This document shows positions 61,440 through 64,000 of a DNA stretch of 64,000 nucleotides, piece by piece. Positions within the stretch are counted from its first letter, which is position 1. Each line of letters starts with the position of its first letter. The stretch comes from an uncultured Actinomycetota bacterium. GTDB taxonomy: Bacteria; Actinomycetota; Actinomycetes; Actinomycetales; Microbacteriaceae. Where the stretch lies: NCBI GenBank assembly GCA_963709115.1, contig CAVPVF010000016.1:429986-493985 (forward strand). Reading direction: 5' to 3'. Made by a program: the position numbers and the translations under genes. The notes under the pieces are model-generated. The model was not told where the DNA came from. It saw nothing but the letters and a program-made list of their open reading frames with translations, and searched no databases.

Positions 61440-63173
61440 TTACTTGACTTCCTTCGTCGCCGCGTCGTAGACCGGTGCCTGCGGTGCATCCTTCGCCGGG
61501 CCGATGCCCACCGGGATGCCCGCTTCGGGGTGGTTGAGGTCGAACGCCGGCGCCTCCGAGCGGATGCGCGGGATCGACGTGAAGTTGTGTCGCGGCGGCG
61601 GGCAGCTCGTGGCCCACTCGAGCGAGCGTCCGTAGCCCCACGGGTCGTTGACGGTCACCTTCGGTGCGCGACGCGCGGTGATGTAGACGTTCAGGAGGAA
61701 CGGGATCATCGAGACGGCGAGGATGCCGGCGCCGATCGTCGACAGCTGGTTCATCCAGGTGATGTTGTCCTCGGGCAGGTACGAGTAGTACCGACGGGGC
61801 ATCGCGACGACGCCGAGCCAGTGCTGGATGAGGAAGGTCGTGTGGAAGCCGATGAACAGCAGCCAGAAGTGCCACTTGCCCAGCGTCTCGTTGAGCATCT
61901 TGCCGGTCCACTTCGGCCACCAGAAGTAGAAGCCCGCGAACATGGCGAACACGACCGTGCCGAAGACGACGTAGTGGAAGTGCGCCACCACGAAGTACGT
62001 GTCGGACACGTGGAAGTCGAGCGGCGGCGACGCGAGGATGACGCCGGTCAGGCCGCCGAACACGAAGGTGATGAGGAAGCCCAGCGACCAGAGCAGCGGC
62101 GTCTCGAACGTGATCGAGCCGCGCCACATCGTGCCGATCCAGTTGAAGATCTTCACGCCGGTCGGCACCGCGATGAGCATCGTCATGAGCGCGAAGAACG
62201 GCAGCAGCACCGAGCCCGTGACGTACATGTGGTGCGCCCACACGGTGACCGAGAGCGCGGCGATCGCGATCGTCGCGTAGATCAGCGTCTTGTAGCCGAA
62301 GATCGGCTTGCGGCTGAAGACCGGGAAGATCTCGGACACGATGCCGAAGAACGGCAGCGCGATGATGTAGACCTCGGGGTGGCCGAAGAACCAGAACAGG
62401 TGCTGCCACAGGATGACGCCGCCGTTGGCGGGATCGTAGATGTGGGCGCCGAAGATGCGGTCGGCGGCGGCGGCGAGGATCGCGGCGGCCAGCACCGGGA
62501 AGGCCATCAGCACGAGGATCGACGTGACGAGCGTGTTCCACGTGAAGATCGGCATGCGGAACATGGTCATGCCGGGCGCGCGCATCGTGATGATCGTCGT
62601 GATGAAGTTCACGGCGCCGAGGATCGTGCCGAAGCCCGAGAGGCCGAGGCCGAGCATCCAGAGATTGCCGCCGATGCCTGGCGAGAACGTCGTCGATGCG
62701 AGTGGTTGGTAGGCGAACCATCCGAACGAGGCGGCGCCCTGCGGCGTGAAGAAGCCGGCGACGGCGATCAGCGAGCCGAAGTTGAAGAGCCAGTACGCGA
62801 ACGCGTTGAGGCGCGGGAACGCGACGTCGGGCGCGCCGATCTGCAGCGGCATCAGCACGTTCGCGAAGCCGGCGAAGAGCGGCGTCGCGAACATCAGCAG
62901 CATGATCGTGCCGTGCATCGTGAACAGCTGGTTGTACTGCTCGCGGGTCTGGACGATCTCGAGGCCGGGCTCGAAGAGCTGCGCGCGGATGATGAGGGCC
63001 ATCACGCCGCCGATGCAGAAGTAGATGAACGCGGTGATCAGGTACAGGTACCCGATGACCTTGTGGTCGGTGGAGGTGATCCACCGGACGAGGATGTTGC
63101 CCTTGCGCTCGACCTTGGGAGTGCCGAACGGCGAGGCGCTCGCGGGACGAGCCGGTGCGGTCGTGGTGCTCAT
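61440..63173 (-). CDS. ctaD: Cytochrome c oxidase subunit I, intact
   Basis: Intact 577 aa with canonical haem/CuB ligand regions ([13 protein letters not shown], ...HFHYV...). Confidence 0.95.
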   Translation of the reverse strand: MSTTTAPARPASASPFGTPKVERKGNILVRWITSTDHKVIGYLYLITAFIYFCIGGVMALIIRAQLFEPGLEIVQTREQYNQLFTMHGTIMLLMFATPLFAGFANVLMPLQIGAPDVAFPRLNAFAYWLFNFGSLIAVAGFFTPQGAASFGWFAYQPLASTTFSPGIGGNLWMLGLGLSGFGTILGAVNFITTIITMRAPGMTMFRMPIFTWNTLVTSILVLMAFPVLAAAILAAAADRIFGAHIYDPANGGVILWQHLFWFFGHPEVYIIALPFFGIVSEIFPVFSRKPIFGYKTLIYATIAIAALSVTVWAHHMYVTGSVLLPFFALMTMLIAVPTGVKIFNWIGTMWRGSITFETPLLWSLGFLITFVFGGLTGVILASPPLDFHVSDTYFVVAHFHYVVFGTVVFAMFAGFYFWWPKWTGKMLNETLGKWHFWLLFIGFHTTFLIQHWLGVVAMPRRYYSYLPEDNITWMNQLSTIGAGILAVSMIPFLLNVYITARRAPKVTVNDPWGYGRSLEWATSCPPPRHNFTSIPRIRSEAPAFDLNHPEAGIPVGIGPAKDAPQAPVYDAATKEVK

Positions 63174-63179
63174 CGCGGC

Positions 63180-64000
63180 TTACTCTTCCTCTTTCAGCTC
63201 GGGCTCGCCCGTTCCGGGCAGGTTCTGGCGGCGGTCGTACTCGTTCGAGAGCTGGCCCTCCTGGCCGAGGTCGCGCAACGAGTCGATGTACTCCTCGTAC
63301 TCGGCCTCGGAGACGACCTGGACGTTGAAGAGCATCAGCGAGTGGTACTCGCCGCAGAGCTCGGCGCACTTGCCCTCGTAGGTGCCCTCGCGCTCGGGGA
63401 CGAACGACATGTAGTTCGTCTTGCCCGGGAACATGTCCTTCTTGTAGAGGAAGTCGACGACCCAGAACGAGTGGATGACGTCGCGCGACTCGAGCTCGAT
63501 CTCGACGTTCTTGCCGACGGGCAGGTACAGCGTCGGGAGCTCGGACTGGACGAGCGAGCCCGCGGCGCCCTCGTCGGAGAGCTGGCCCTGGATGCCGGGC
63601 GAGTAGACGTCTTCGTTGACGTAGTTGAAGTCCCACGCCCACTGCTTGGCGATGACCTCGACCTTGACGTCGATCTCGTCCTCGGCGAAGCGCTGCTCGA
63701 TCACCGGCCTGGTCGCGCGCGGTGAAGGCGAAGAAGCCGAGCACGAGGATCAGCGGCACGATCGTGTAGAAGACCTCGATCGGCATGTTGTAGCGCAGCT
63801 GCACCGGGAGGCCGGTCTGGCCCTTGCGGCGGCGGTAGGCGATGACGGCCCAGATCGTGAGGCCCCAGGTGATGACGCCGACGACGAGCAGCACGATCCA
63901 CGACGTGACCCAGAGGCCCGACACGAGCTCGGTGTGGTTCGTGACCGGCGGCTCACCCTCTTCGAACCCCGGGAGGAATCCGTTCAGCTGGGCCTGCGTG
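63180..64000 (-). CDS. ctaC: Cytochrome c oxidase subunit II (CuA), N-terminus beyond the window end; at least 1 frame break
   Basis: TM hairpin VSGLWVTSWIVLLVVGVITWGLTIWAVIAYRRRKG...NMPIEVFYTIVPLILVLGFF. C-terminal CuA domain ...DVIHSFWVVDFLYKKDMFPGK...GKCAELCGEYHSLM. Confidence 0.85.

Overview
This 64-kb window is a high-GC (about 70%) actinobacterial chromosomal core region. Its gene order matches conserved Actinomycetota synteny: imuA'-imuB-dnaE2 behind a LexA box, trmI-FKBP-pafB-pafC-tatA-tatC-helY, lnt/rbpA, an SPFH-NfeD pair, dhaKLM divergent from glpFK, and trpD-ctaE-qcrCAB facing a ctaC-ctaD-ctaF operon. I call about 55 protein genes and one tRNA-Leu(GAG) that the ORF track cannot show. 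I found no rRNA, CRISPR array, transposase or integrase. Two anomalies dominate the window. First, a 452-bp homopolymer block (T46, A210, a 94-nt GC island, then A102) sits at 40584-41035 inside a roughly 1-kb low-GC non-coding stretch between an epoxide hydrolase gene and a membrane-protein/MarR pair. Second, more than 40 reading-frame breaks are scattered through otherwise well-conserved genes, many of them essential (trmH, dacB, dnaE2, tatC, helY, lnt, glpF, glpK, trpD, qcrB, ctaC and others). Neighbouring genes such as ctaD, ctaE, qcrC, dhaL, lrp, both SDRs and the GDSL lipase are perfectly intact. This pattern fits sequence error or deliberate perturbation better than mass pseudogenisation. 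Coordinates of frame-broken genes are therefore approximate, and their products are inferred by stitching the conserved peptide segments across frames.
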